Below, piece by piece: positions 1-15,239 of a stretch of DNA of 64,000 nucleotides. A program made the translations under genes and the position numbers. The notes beneath the pieces were generated by a model. The model did no database searches. It had not been told where the DNA came from and saw nothing but the letters and a program-made list of their open reading frames with translations. The stretch lies in assembly GCF_006345805.1 (NCBI RefSeq), contig NC_043005.1, positions 85,684,001-85,748,000 of the forward strand. Direction: 5' to 3'. The stretch is from Octopus sinensis (Eukaryota). Numbering within the stretch: the stretch's first letter is position 1; each line of letters opens with the position of its first letter.

Positions 1-205
1 GTGAGCGTAGTCGAATACATTGACCTCAGTACATGACTGGTACCTATCGACCCCGAGTGGACGTGAAAGCTGAAGTTGAAAGCTAAGTCAAAGAATAATA
101 TCTTTTATTCTTTTGCTTGTTTCACTCATTAGACTGCGGCCATTCTGTGGCACCACCTTGAGCTTTTAGTCAAATGAATCGACCCCTGTACTTATTTATT
201 TAGCC

Positions 206-903
206 TGCGGAATATAACTGCTGTCTGTTTAAGATATGAGCCTCACGTGGAAGGTTGTCTGTTGTCGCGTGTGTCACTGGCCATTCTCCGTGGCATCGTC
301 TTTGCAACCATGTCCCACCAACCCTACCATCTTTTTTTCCTTCTTCGTTGTTTCCTTGGTGAAGTAGCTATAATTTTTATTTCTCGACAATTTGATCTTT
401 TATACTTTTAATGTTTTTTCTTTCTTTCGTTTCATTCTGTAGGAGGAATTACATCCGTGTTTCGTGGTCTGCTACCACAACAGCTCCTATAGAGGATCCA
501 GTTAGCTCAAGACATCATCAGGAGGAACCACGTCCAGTTACGGCCCCTACTCCTCTACCGTTTTGACGTGCCCCCCCCCCTTTCGGAGGTGCCTACAGCT
601 CTGGTGTTGGGTGCATCTCTTCTTCTTTTTTCTGTTCCCTGGCCTCTTCGATGTAGCGTCAGCGAGTGTCAGCCGGTGACTGACTGACTTCTCAAATAAT
701 TCCCTTTAAATACCTGCCGCTAGGCTCCAGCAGGCAGCCCCAGCAAGTTGTCACGTGACACTGTCTCACCTTAACTGACTAGTGAAGGCGCATCGTCTTA
801 GCCCACGCATTCTCTAACCGACCGTCACCTGTCAGTCAGCGATGCTGATTCTGTGTCAGCTTGTCTCACCTAGTGATGTTATTTCCCGCCGGCATGTTAT
901 GAC
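206..903. mobile_element. Possible solo LTR or other interspersed repeat inserted into a SINE C tail
   Basis: GC-richer block that begins TG exactly where the SINE C homology stops, with a TATA-like tatttaaa on the - strand. The right terminus and TSD are not clean. Confidence 0.3.
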
Positions 904-1707
904 TTTCAAGCCATATATTATTAATAAAATGGGGGCTTTTAATAGTGGAAAAGATGAAAAGTTCTCTTATAACATCTACCAAATACAAACTTCGAAATAT
1001 GAGCATGATCTGTAAATTTGGTTATTTCTTGCTTGTCTTGAATAACTTCTCAAGCAATTGTCATAGCCCTATGTTTGTAGTTACAACCTACCACAACGTT
1101 CTATAATTTATTACATGAATCTCATGATTAATTCAAATACCAGTGTGACGTGGTATATTTTATATAACGTGTATGATATATATCTCTTTATTGCCTTAAC
1201 ACTCGTTAACCATTCTTAACATATGACCATACCACAGTGGCAAAATCCATTACTCTGCATAAGCTAGATCGCTAGAATCATCTCAAAAATACTTATTTTC
1301 AAACCATTCATCATATTACATAAATTCTGTGTCCTACGGTTCTGTTGTTAATTTTCGGTCTTACGTTGCTACGTTACAAGGCATGTGTACTGGGCTCACT
1401 CATAGAACTGCGGCCATGTAGGTGAACCACCTTCAAGGATCTTTTTGATTACATCAGCTTCCAATAATTTTATCAGCCTGGCAATTATTTTGCCAATCTC
1501 CCTTTGTTGAACTGCTAGGTAATTGGATATCATGACCTAAAACATGAACCGAGACACAACGCACACAAACATACACAGACATACAGAAAGCATACACCAA
1601 TCTGTCGAAAGCCAATGGACGTAACTTATATAAAACTCTCTCTCTCTCTCTCCCTGCATGTATATTTATGTATATATGTGAGTGCGTGTATATATGGATG
1701 TGTATGC

Positions 1708-1755
<48 letters not shown>

Positions 1756-2921
1756 AATTAATAAATAAAACATATGCATATATACATACATATATGTACT
1801 ACCTACATCTATATGTATATATACACGCATATATGGGTACAGGACACAAAAAAAACGTCGAACACAATGAGAAACGAAAACATAAACACAAAACCAAGGA
1901 ACTGGACATTTTTCTTAAACAACAAAAAAAAACAGAGTACACGACAAATAACACAAGGAAAATTCCCCTTCTTCAGTCGCCATAGTTTCATCTACTCAGC
2001 GTTTCGAAGGTGAAGGCGACACGCATCTTCGATAGAAACTTTCCTTCTCGCGAAAAGCAAATTAAATAAAATTTTAGATCTTTTTGCAGAGGGGTAAAAA
2101 TGGTAAGAAGAACAGGACAGTAACGACAGTACAAAATATAAACAGTAAAAGTCAGGACAAGGAGAATAACAAGACAAGAAGGGCTGTTAAACCGAACGAG
2201 AAAAAGTATTACGAACGCTATTTTTGAGAAATGTATAAACATGTGTATATATATATGTATGTATATCTCAGTATACATACACATACGGAAAAGAGCGCAT
2301 GTAGTTGGGTACAAGAACTGACGCACATACGTACGTATACACATACACGTACATACGCACATACACACACACTCACACACTCGCACACATGTGGAAGTGA
2401 ATCCCTATGTTTATGGACAAAAATATGCACTCACACACAAGGGGAGTAAATCCCTATGCATATACACAAAAGTATGCATATATGCATATGCACAGACACA
2501 GGTATAACAGGTAGATTCATTCCCGCACACATGCAAAACGAACTTACGTATTCTAAATGGAAAATTAAGAGGTAAAGAAAAAAAAATTAGGGGGGGGGGG
2601 TGCAAAGAAAATTTTTTTAGAAGGGATAAGAACAAAAGTAAGAACAAAATTAAAAAATAAAGGAAAAATGGAAGTTAAAATTGTAAACATTGAAAAAAAA
2701 AATAATAAAAATTGAAAAAAAAAAAAAAATAATAATAAAAAATTGAAAAAAAAAAAAAAATAGGGGATATTAAATTGAGCACTAGCTAGAATGAATGGAG
2801 GTTAGGGAAATATAATGGACAAAAACCGTAGACATGAAAGTAAAAAAACCTGAAGGTAATAAAACTTGGGAGTGAAAAATCCTGAGTGTAAGAAAGAATA
2901 ATAGAATGTGTGTGTATATAT

Positions 2922-2955
<34 letters not shown>

Positions 2956-3077
2956 ATACACACGCACATACACGCACGCACACACACACACACATATACA
3001 TAGACACACATATACACATATATATATATATACACATACACACACACACGCACACGCATATACACATATATATACAT

Positions 3078-3118
<41 letters not shown>

Positions 3119-3706
3119 CATATATATACACACACACACGCACACGCATATACACATGTATATATATACATATACATACCTACACATATATACACACACT
3201 CATACATACACATACGTATATACATATTCATACATACATATACATAAATAAAAATAATAAGAGATAAAAGGTGATAAAAGGATGTAAAAATAGAAGTAAA
3301 ATTAAAAATTAAGAATGAAGATAAAAATTAAAAAAAATAAAATAAAGGTAATCGAGTAAAGATTAACATGAAATGAAGGTAAAAATAAAGGTGATTGTAA
3401 AGGTAAAAATACAGGTGTGTGTAAGAGGGTGACCACCCAGGAAAGGGCAGGAAAACTAAGGTAGGGTGGAGGAGAAATTACGGAGTAGTCGTAAGTGAAG
3501 GTGAGGGGAGCGGAGTTCAGGGGTGTGGGCTCAACATCAAAGTTAGATATGGAAACAGATATATATAGGAAAAATAGAAACAGGAAAAAAGATGTAGGAA
3601 AAATAGATATAGGAAAAAAAGATATAGGAAAAGAAACGGGATGTGCTGGAGCTGACAAGTTGTACCTGGATGAGAGGATGTAGCATGGGGGAGTAGGTAT
3701 AAGAGC

Positions 3707-4650
3707 CTAAGCTTTGTAGTATTTGAAAGTTTTGGTGAGTTTGTGTATACAAGAGAGCTTGAATTCGGATCTTTTGTTAATTAGTTTGTGTTTCTCCTTG
3801 AATTTAAGGATAATCAGGAGTTCCACGCAACATTGCTGTCACCCTGTTCTATTATTTAAATAAGGTGCAGCTGATCCGATAATGGACCACCTGAGGTTGA
3901 AAACTATGCTATTGCCATTTAATTCCCAAATTTTTTTAGATAGGGAGGTGCTGCTAGCCTTGTGTCTATGCCTAAAGGAAGACCGGTGGTTGTAGTATCT
4001 GGATTTCTAGGCGGTCGAGCAACCTATGTAGATGAGTGTGTTAAACTGGGTACTCACCTCACATGAGTAGATTATGTTTTTAGCCGGACACTCCCCATCT
4101 AACGGACAATCGGATGCGCGTATGCAGTTGCATTTGAGCATTGCATTTCCCGGTCGAGTGTTATTAGTCCTAGGGGGTGGTGTATGGTTGTTGTAGGGGT
4201 AGCTACTGTGGTGGGTGGAAATACCGTTTGTCGCCTCATCACTGATACTGCTGCTCGCGCTGTTGTTGTTGCTTAAGTTGTTTTGGTCTATATTATTGGA
4301 ACAATGTTCAGCGTTGTAATTGTTATTATTAATTCTATTACTCAAAGTGGGCGGAGGTGTTACACTAAGTGCAGGAGCAATGTTATCCTCATGAGGTATA
4401 TTGTTGATGGGTGTAATGCTGCTTCTGTTGGGGTGACGGGTGTTGTTACTAGCGGTTCGTGTAGTATGGTTGCCAGCCCAATTATATTGACTACTGCCTG
4501 GATGATTGGGGTTCGATTGGTCGTAATAACTTGTTCCTAATCTAGCTTTTCTGATGTTAATATTGTTATGCTTAGCTATGAGGCAGCTCATGTTGGGCAG
4601 GGTAGAGTGGGAAATCCTAGTGGTTTTGTTAGAGAAGATGCATCTATATT
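3707..4650 (-). mobile_element. Penelope-like element 3' part (RT-EN linker + GIY-YIG endonuclease), decayed
   Basis: Translation ..IFSNKTTRISHSTLPNMSCLIAKHN..(low complexity)..CNCIRASDCPLDGECPAKNIIYSCEV..LIYIGCSTA*KSRYYNHRSSF..SLSKKIWEL..LINKRSE matches the Cys-rich linker and GIY-YIG pattern of PLEs. Two in-frame stops. Confidence 0.88.
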
Positions 4651-4773
4651 TATGTGTGTGTGTGTGTGTGTGTTTATATGCGTATATGGGTTCGCTTCGT
4701 ATGTTGTATGTATACATGCCCTTTATATAAATTTTTAAAGTTTATTTTATCTATCTCTATATTTTATATTTAT

Positions 4774-5790
4774 CCCGTCCCGTGTTGTCCTTGAGCGATT
4801 TCAGCACAACCAAAGCATTCTGTAGGGGATTAGTGAAGGGGAGGTACGACGACGAGCTCGGGGCGAACCTGGGCGTCGACGATGAATACCTGACCCGCCT
4901 GTTCAAGACGACTTTCGGGCCGGAACCTATGGACAACTTCCAGAGATCCCTGGTCTGGTAGTGCTACCGAGAAGCGCTACCCGTTCGGGATAAGCTCTAC
5001 AGACACGGCTCGAGAAACATGGAGCCGACCTGCCCGAGATGCGGTCAGAGCGACGAAACCGTTCTGAACGCACTAGTGCAGTGTCCAACCATTTCCGACC
5101 TGTGGGCTTATGTCGAATGACTGCTGTCACGTGTGGTATGAGTCGGTTTATCGACCGAGTCTATGGTCAATATTGTCACGCCTCCTTCCTTCAAACGGGA
5201 AGGAAGAGCTATTTTCATCATCTCTGTGGCTATGGCGAAAGAATGTATCTGGTGGACGCGTCTGAAAGTATTGGAGACAAACATTTTCCTCTCCGGTCAA
5301 TCTCTCATCAACTTCTTCAAGTATCACTTGAAAAGGAAAGTGAGAGTAGAGAGGTAAGTTTAGACTAGCGAATGTTTCAAAAAAAGATGGGTGAATGTAG
5401 CAAGGATGGTACGTATGAATGACGAAGCGACCTTGAGCATGATCCTATGAACCCGGAAAAAATTAAAACAGAGAGCTATTTACTCGCAAATAAATGTGTT
5501 AACATGTGACATTGTTGACCGAGGTTACCGCGGTCGTTTCCGTAGGCTTTTCTTTCTGTGGATAAACCTTATCTGTTTCTCACTTTACACTTTACATCAT
5601 AACATTTCTGTGATACACGATCCCTATTGATAGTTTTTTTTCACTCTTTTTATGATCCCTTTTGATCGAAAACCTACCCCCCTTTTTATTTTTTATTTTT
5701 ACTTTTCCTTTTTTTTCTCCCCGAAAAGAAAAGCTCTACTTTGTAATTTGTCCCCTCTGTTTTCAGCCCTGTGTAGCTAATAAAGAAACA
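4774..5790 (+). mobile_element. 5'-truncated 3' fragment of the same Tx1 family
   Basis: High nucleotide similarity to 61798-62934 (e.g. cacaaccaaagcattct..ggggattagtg; ctaataaagaaacatatctatcta). It has an in-frame stop and small deletions. Confidence 0.93.
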
Positions 5791-6351
5791 TATCTATCTA
5801 TATTCTTTATACATCTCTCTCTATTTATCATATATATCACATGTAAGTGCATATATATCTATTGTGTGTGTATTACCCTGTATATTTCTGTGTATCATTT
5901 ACGAGTTTTTCGTTCTTCACTCTTTTCATCCCTTCTGTCTTTAGTCATGTGGTGTGGTTATCGGTGTTATTGTTCCATCGTGTTTTCTATTGAGGCTCTC
6001 TCTGTCTACTGCTATGTGTATAGCCTCTGGGATCTGTCTACGTTTCGTGTCAGTTCTTTGTATCGATAATATCCTAACCTCTATACTATTAATCAAGCCT
6101 CCATGTTCTGCCTGTGTATGTTGGTAGAGCACTGACGAGCTTTTCTCTTCTTTGAGCTTTCACCAATGTTCACCTACACGCCGTCCTACGTTGCATGCAA
6201 TCTCTTCAAAGTAGATTGTTGTCATATCTCTGCACCGTCCTTCGGTATATCGTAAGCTATACACTACATTGTTAACCTTACAGCTAACCCGTGGGTTCAT
6301 TCTACATGCAACACAGTCTGCCGAACTTTATCCAGGCGATGCATCCATACA

Positions 6352-6573
6352 TTTATTTCTTTTCTACCCACAAGGGGCTAAACATAGAGGGAACAGACAT
6401 AGATATTAAGTCGATTACATCGACCCCAGTGCGTAACTGGTACTTAATTTCTCAATCCAGAAAGGATGAAAGGCAAAGTCGACCTCGGCGGAATTTGAAC
6501 TCAGAACGTAACGGCAGACGAAATACGGCTACGCATTTCGCCCTGTGTGCTAACGTTTCAGCCAGTTCGCCGC
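6352..6573 (-). mobile_element. SINE family A copy
   Basis: Reverse complement of 34059-34287. Confidence 0.9.
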
Positions 6574-7473
6574 TTTACATAACCAACACGGCGGGGACAG
6601 CGATGCGGGAGTATGATGAGAAAGAAATGATCTTCAATGCTCATATGATGATGGTGAGGATAATGATAACGACTGATGTTGAAGATAATGATACTGAGAA
6701 TCGCGATAATGACGATAATGAGAAAGATGACCGAGAAGATGAAGATGACGATGATAAAGACCAAGGTAATGATTATGACGATGATGTTGACGATGGCCAT
6801 CATAGTTTATGAATTCTCTGAGACAAGTGGGGGGAAACTCACCGGCACAATGCATTTAAATGTTTCCTCACCCATTCTCCTTCTCACTGTGTTGTTAGAT
6901 CAATTAACGCTGCCTTGATCGACCACGTGATTATTTTTAATGAGCTCCAAATATTTTATTGACACCGACGGATAAAAAGCAAAGCTAACATCAGTGGAAA
7001 TTGAACTCGGAACGTAAAGAAGAAGAAACACCTTCAGACATTTCGTCATATGATTTAATGGTTACAACAATTCGCTCCACCGACCACCATCACCACCAAT
7101 CGGCCTTCAGCATTCTTAGAGAATTTGGGTTTGTATAAAAGAAAGGAAAGCGGGAAGAAATATAGGAATGGTAAATGGTAAAGAATCATATGAGAGGAGA
7201 CAGAATGGAATTGCAAAGAGGAACAAGAAAGAGGGGAAAAAATATAAAAAATAATTACTATGCAAATTAAAAGAAAAGGTAAAACAGTTGAAAGAACGAC
7301 AACTGAAGTAAATCCATTAATATTTCGAAACAATGGAAGAATCTTTACATAGGGAAAATGGAAGGATATAGGTGCGAGTGTATGTGCACGCACACACTTA
7401 CTCACACACTCACACACACATACACGCATACAAGCTCATATATACGTATATACGTTTCTATATATATACATAC

Positions 7474-7540
<67 letters not shown>

Positions 7541-7635
7541 GTATATATGTATGTATATATATATCTATATATATGTATATATATATGCATATATATATAC
7601 ATGTATATATATGTATATATATATGTGTATATATG

Positions 7636-7709
<74 letters not shown>

Positions 7710-7769
7710 CATATATATAATCCTTGTGATGCAAACGGGTAAATAGAGCTCAAAACATGAGTGTATGTT

Positions 7770-7829
<60 letters not shown>

Positions 7830-8199
7830 AATGCGTATGTGTGTGTGGCAGGAACTGATGAATGAAAGAGGAAAGTTTCGATAAACAAATGGAAATCCAG
7901 AGATTTACAGAATTTATCTTATGAAAGATTTTAATGAAATATTTACAATTATATTGCATGATTATATAATTAGATTTTTAATTAATTACAGCTTGACCTA
8001 AAAATCAATTTCAAATTGTAAAGAAATAAGTAAATCAAGAAAATAAATAGACAAATAGATAAACAAAGAGATTTACCAGCAACGATCTCATTAAACAACC
8101 ATTAATACTCAACAAGCAAAGCATTATCAACAACAATGGTGGATGATTATTGTTGTTATCATTAATTTTATCGTCAGTCCTATTATTTGACATTTCTAT

Positions 8200-8262
8200 T
8201 ATCATTGCTATAATCATTATTGTTGTTGTTGTTATTAATATTATCGTTATTGTTATTGTTAC

Positions 8263-8347
<85 letters not shown>

Positions 8348-8378
8348 TATTATTATTATTATTATATTATTATTATTA

Positions 8379-8421
<43 letters not shown>

Positions 8422-8482
8422 GTTATTATTATTACTTTCATTATTAATGTTATTATTATCATGATTATTATTATTGTTGTTA

Positions 8483-8521
<39 letters not shown>

Positions 8522-8577
8522 TATTACAACTACTACTAGTACTACTTCTACTATTACTAACTGTGCTACTGCTGCTG

Positions 8578-8615
<38 letters not shown>

Positions 8616-8942
8616 GCTACTACTACCACTTATACTACTACTACTACCACTACTATTCCTACTGTTACTGCTACTACAACTGTTCTTTCTGCCACCACCA
8701 CCACCACCACCACCACCACCACCACTACTACTACTTCTACTACTACTACTACTATGATTAATAATATTCATACTCTTATTATTATTATTATTATTGTTGT
8801 TGTTGTTGTTATTATTGTTATGATTGATTATGATAATTATTATGATTGTTATTGTCGTGGTTGGTATCACTATTATTATCGTTATGGTGACTCCTTCTGC
8901 TTTTATTATTGTTATCATTATTACCATTATTACTACGCTTAC

Positions 8943-8990
<48 letters not shown>

Positions 8991-9080
8991 CATCATTATT
9001 ATTATTATTGTTATTATTGTTATTATTATTGTTACGATTATCATTATTATTATTGTTATTACTTCTATTACGCAATTATT
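8200..9080. repeat. Compound (ATT)n/(CTA)n/(CCA)n trinucleotide array
   Basis: Direct reading. Confidence 0.97.
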
Positions 9081-9380
9081 ATAATGATGCCAAAAGGTCC
9101 GTCATAAGTGCAAATCCTTTAAATACGTTATCAAAGACAAAAGCGTTTTAACATAAACATTAATAATAAATCTCATAACAATAACAACAACAACAGCAAG
9201 AACAATAATATTTATAATAGTATTTTTTGAAAAGTAAGAACGAACATCAGATAATAATATTTATTAATATTATATAATTATAATTATTATTACTGTATTC
9301 GCAACGAGGGCAATAAAAACAGAAAGTATTTTAAATAGATTACAGCAGACAAAACATACGGTAAACGATAATGATATATG

Positions 9381-9432
<52 letters not shown>

Positions 9433-9442
9433 TTTATTTTTA

Positions 9443-9522
<80 letters not shown>

Positions 9523-9780
9523 ATTATTATTATTATCATTAAGATAATTAAAATAATAGGTTCTTTATTTCGTACAAGAGCTAGAAACATACAACGCATT
9601 TAAATACATTAATTTATTTCAATAATCATCTTAGAATCAATAGTGAAAGTTGACTTATTTGATATGCCAACCACAACAACAACAACAACAACAACAGTAG
9701 TAACAACAACAACAGTAGCGATATGCAGTGCAAAATCAAAAGGAATAATAATAATAATGATGGTGCTGATAATAATAATA

Positions 9781-9855
<75 letters not shown>

Positions 9856-9947
9856 CTGGAATACAAATATAAAATTTTAAGTCTATGTAAATATTTTCAC
9901 AGAAATTGTCATTTAAATATATTCATTTAAATATACATATGTATATA

Positions 9948-10018
<71 letters not shown>

Positions 10019-10169
10019 GGGGGTTAGTCTGTGTGTGTATGTGTGATATTCATGCTTGTATGCATATCTACATATATACGTGGGTGGATGTGTGTGTGTG
10101 TAAATTATTCTACATGCATATATATATACATATCTTAGATTTATGGGAATATATATGTCCCTTCATTTA

Positions 10170-10690
<521 letters not shown>

Positions 10691-11463
10691 ATATATGTAT
10701 ACATATACAGAAATATCTTCCTCCTATCTCTCTTTTTCCTTACATCCCCCAACTCCATTGACATACATATATATATTTTAATAAACGCAGTATATACTTT
10801 TATGTGTTACAAATTCTTTCGTGCGATGAATACGACTCTGAGCGCATTTTATAAGATGTCTGGTGACTCACGCAGCTTTCAGGCTATGACCCCATGGCAT
10901 AACAAGTTTTACCCGAGGATTGCGTGGAGGTACCAGACATCTGATAAAATGGTGTCTGTGTCGTTTTCATCGCTCGAAACTATAAGTACCTCATAAGAAC
11001 ATATATTCTATTTATTAAACAATATTTATCTCTCACCATATGAAGCACTTATATATGTGTGTGTGTGTGTGTTTGTGTGTGTGACACTTATCCACGATCT
11101 TTGAAACTTTTGATCCATACACGTAACACATAAAGAATGTGTTGAGTGCCTTTCTTTCGTTTTTCCACTCACTCGTATGTGTGTGTGTATGAGTATGCTT
11201 GTAAGTTTGTATGTATGTCATTATTCAGCTCATTTCAAGATGTCTTGCCAATGGAGAAAGAACCGGTTTCTAACTTAGATCCAAGGCTCCTTCATTGGAA
11301 TTTTAACATCAACAACAGGGTATTTTTGTTTGTTTGTATGTATGTATGTATTTATGTATGTATATTTGTATGTATGTATATATATGTATGAATATATGTA
11401 TGTATTTATGTATGTATGTATTTATCTATGTATGTATGTATGTTTGTATGTATGTATTATGTA

Positions 11464-11494
<31 letters not shown>

Positions 11495-11519
11495 ATGTAT
11501 GTATGTATGTATGTATGTG

Positions 11520-12543
11520 AAGATAAATTATAATCAGGTAGAGCAATGTCTGGCGAATATGGTGTGTGGTATATTATTTCCCATTCAAACTGCTTCAGCC
11601 GTTGGAATGTCATTCTTCTTTTATGTGGCCGAGCATTTTACTGATGGATGACCACCTTTCCTCTTGAAACCAAAGATAGTCACTTTTCTTCTAGCGCTGA
11701 GTTAAGCCACTCAAGCTGCTCACAGTAGATATCCTTCGTTATCGCTTGGTTTGGGTTTAAAAGTTCAATGTGGACTAAACCTTTCATATCCCACCAAACA
11801 GATCACAACATCTTAGGCGGGTGAAATGCTTTAGGCTAGGAAGCCGGTGTTTCTCCTTTCCTTATTCCCTGTTTTCGACACTTGACATTTTTATAGAGAA
11901 CCTATTTCTCGTTTGTCACTATTCAGTCCAGAAAAGGTTCATTCGTGAGACGTGACAGCAAAGAAGAGCACACATTTACCCTCTTCGCACGATTAGATTC
12001 GGAAAGTTTGTAAGGAATGCATTAACCCAATTTTCTGATTTTTCCGATGGCATACAGGTTTCGATGAATGGTTGGATGACCAAATCCAAGCTTCTCTGCT
12101 AGTTCCTCAACAGTTACGATGGGAGTTTTTTTTTCACCAGGATTTGCAGGACGTCCTCGTCGAGCTCTACAGATCTTCCGAAATGAGGCTCGTCTTCTAG
12201 GCTGTAGTTTCCAGATCGGAATTCCTGGAACCACCGTTGACTCTGGCTTACACTTATTGCCCAATCCCCATATACTGCATTTATATTCCTTGCACTTTCC
12301 GTTGCATTGTTGCTTTTATTGAACTAATAAAACAAAATATGTCAAATATGCTCGTTTGTCACTTCCATTAGAGCTTTGTAATAACAACTATTAAAATTGA
12401 ACTGCACTCTCCAAAACTTGTACTAAGAATAAGTCAAGGTAAAATTACTACCTGCTTTTATATCAAGCTGATGCAGGGAGTTCATCCAGTCCCCTCGGAG
12501 TTTTAATTCGTGCAATTGAAAAAAACCACATTATTCATGGGAA

Positions 12544-12545
<2 letters not shown>
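11520..12545 (-). mobile_element. Decayed mariner (DD34D-type) transposon
   Basis: Frameshifted translation includes ..NATESARNINAVYGD..QRWFQEFRSG..TVEELAEKLG..SVWWDMKG..NARPH..WEIIYHTPYSPDIA (YSPDLAP motif). TIR-like end near 12510-12547 next to TA. Confidence 0.88.
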
Positions 12546-12626
<81 letters not shown>

Positions 12627-13274
12627 ATGTGTGTGTGTGGGCGTGTGTGTGTGTGTGTAAGTATATATATATATATACATACGCATACATACACATATAT
12701 ATTTACATACAAACATTTGTAAATACATTCATATATGGGCACAGGACCCCACGGAACGTAAACAACATAAAATAAATATACAATACGAAATACAACATGG
12801 AATACGGACTTTTTTGTGAACAACGAAAGAAACAAACGGAAAACAAGACAAGCAACACGAAAAAATGGCCCTTCATCATTTGTTGGCTGTTTTTCTACTT
12901 CGTATTTCGAGCATAATTGCAAATCATGGAATAAACATATTGGCTTCGAATTTTTGCTTAAGCGCAGCATGTTGAGGGAGGAGTTAAATCGATTATATCG
13001 GCCCCATTGTTGAACTGCTACTTACTTTATCGACCCCAAATTCATTAAAGGCAAATTCGGCCCCGTTACGGATTGAACACATAACGTAGAGTCGGACAAA
13101 ATGCCGCAAAGCATTTCACCCAGAATGCTAACTATGCACAAAAAACAAAAGACAGAAACAGGGAAAATGGAAAGTGCTTCACATTTCGAGCGTATACTCT
13201 GCGACAGAAAGGTATGCGAGGAAAAAATGGAGACAAAGATAGAGAAAGAAAATGTATCGGGATTAACACTTCCT

Positions 13275-13307
<33 letters not shown>

Positions 13308-13439
13308 TTGAAAGTGCGTTTGCAGTAGTTTGCTGGATGGCCATAACTGGGAAACCTTTGTGTCATAGGTCAACATGATCAGAGTTGAAATGTAACTAAA
13401 TAGGAAAGCTGTAAGAAGAATATCAACAATATTATAAAA

Positions 13440-14210
13440 CATGACGACGACTACCGTCACCACTACCACCATCACGACCCACCACCATTACCACAAACGC
13501 CAACACAACTACCAGAACACAATGACCATCCCCGCACCACCACATCATCACCCCCATCACCCACCCCACCATAACCATCACCATCAACCCCACCACCATC
13601 ACCAACACGACTACCAGCACCATCACCAACATCGCTACCATCACCATCCTCACTACCACATCACCACCACCTTCACAACGAAAAGCCCTACAATTACAAG
13701 AATATCCACCACAACTACCTCCACTATTACCTCTACAACCGCCAACACCACCACCATTATCACCACCATCACCACCACCACAACTACTTCTACGACCACC
13801 AGCACCATCACCAACGCGACCATCAGGACCACCACGACCATCATCACCACCACGACCACCACCTCCACCATCACCACCACGACCACTACAACCATGACCA
13901 TCACGACGACCACCTCGTCCACCACCTCCTCACCACGACCACGACCACGACTACCAACAATACTACTAAATTACCAGAACAACTAGCCCCACCACAATTA
14001 TTTCTACCACCGCCTTCCTCATTCCACGACCGCTTGTAAATACCAGCACAAACTCTCACCCGATGTGCCCACCACCACCACCACCAAACACCAACATCAA
14101 CCGCCGTCAAAACTACGACCATATTGCCAAAATCCGCACCTACACCCACAAATATAATTACCACCACCACCACCAACACCACCACCACCACCATCACGAC
14201 AACAACAATA
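13440..14210. repeat. Degenerate (ACC/CAC/ACG)n low-complexity array
   Basis: Direct reading; gives His/Thr/Val-rich pseudo-ORFs in all frames. Confidence 0.9.
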
Positions 14211-14577
14211 ACAAAAGTTCAATGATTACAATGTAAATTTAGGTTTTCCAATCAATTTCATTAAATATTTAGATTTAATGAACAGCGAAATGAAACATGT
14301 TGCCACACCTTCTTCTTCTCACTATTATTATTGTTGTTGTTATTGCATTAGTAACTCTGTTAATTGATGGCTTCCTTGTTGCTGCTGTTACGGCTACAGT
14401 TTGCTGTATTACTATCATTATCATCATCATCATCATCATCATTATTATTATTATCATTATTATTATTATTATTATTATTGTTATTATTATTATTATTATA
14501 AATAGTAGTAGTAGTAGTAATAATAGTTGTAGTAATAGTAGTTGTAGTAGTAGTAATAGTAGTAGTAGTAAAAGTAA

Positions 14578-14622
<45 letters not shown>

Positions 14623-15239
14623 AGTAGTAGTAGTACTAGTAGGAAAACTGGTGCATTTTATGCAGAGTTTATTAGTAAACGCACGAAATCATGAAGATGG
14701 CGATGTTACATAACTTTACAAAAGGTTTCGATCGTTTCAACAATAATTGGAACCATTTCTTTCGCTTACAGATTCTTTTGTTTCCATACAAAACAACGGA
14801 ATGGAAACAATAATTAATCAATTAATTACTTGATGAGCTTTTAGTTGTTGTTGGTGTTGTTGTTATAGCAATAGTGGCTCTATTATTGTTTCATGGTTTT
14901 CTTGTCGTTCTAGCCGTAGAATTGTATGTATTTCACTTGCTTCAATCATCGGACGACTCCAATCCTTTTTATAAGGTCTGATGCTTACGCTAGCGGTCTC
15001 GTTTGCCGAACCACTAGGTTACGGTAACGGTTGCGAAATAGTGATGGGAAACTAACACAATGCATGGACACACATACAGACTCTATATATGCGTATATAT
15101 ATATATATATTCAACAACAATTGAGGAATGGCCTTAATAGGCTATTCGACCAACTAGAAAGAGCAGCCAGGACTCAAACCGCCAAGTAGTAGTAATTCAG
15201 AAATTAAAGGAAAATTTTAAAACATTTACCCTAATTCGT

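Noticed and set aside
445-530. CUGAUGA...GAAAC..GUA hammerhead-like motif on the minus strand
   Set aside because: The stem I strands are direct repeats rather than complementary, and stem II does not close at the core.
1960-2012. GAAA..GUA..16 nt..CUGANGA arrangement (also about 12860-12910 and 52555-52600) suggesting a type II hammerhead
   Set aside because: The 16-nt segment cannot form stem I in any of the three copies; the conserved spacing is noted but unexplained.
6291-6812. 173-aa ORF with an acidic tail
   Set aside because: Chimera of an antisense SINE A copy and a degenerate (GAT)n repeat.
13441-13986. His-rich/Thr-rich 181-aa ORF resembling a mucin or metal-binding protein
   Set aside because: Degenerate (ACC)n array open in several frames and on both strands; no signal peptide or splice context.
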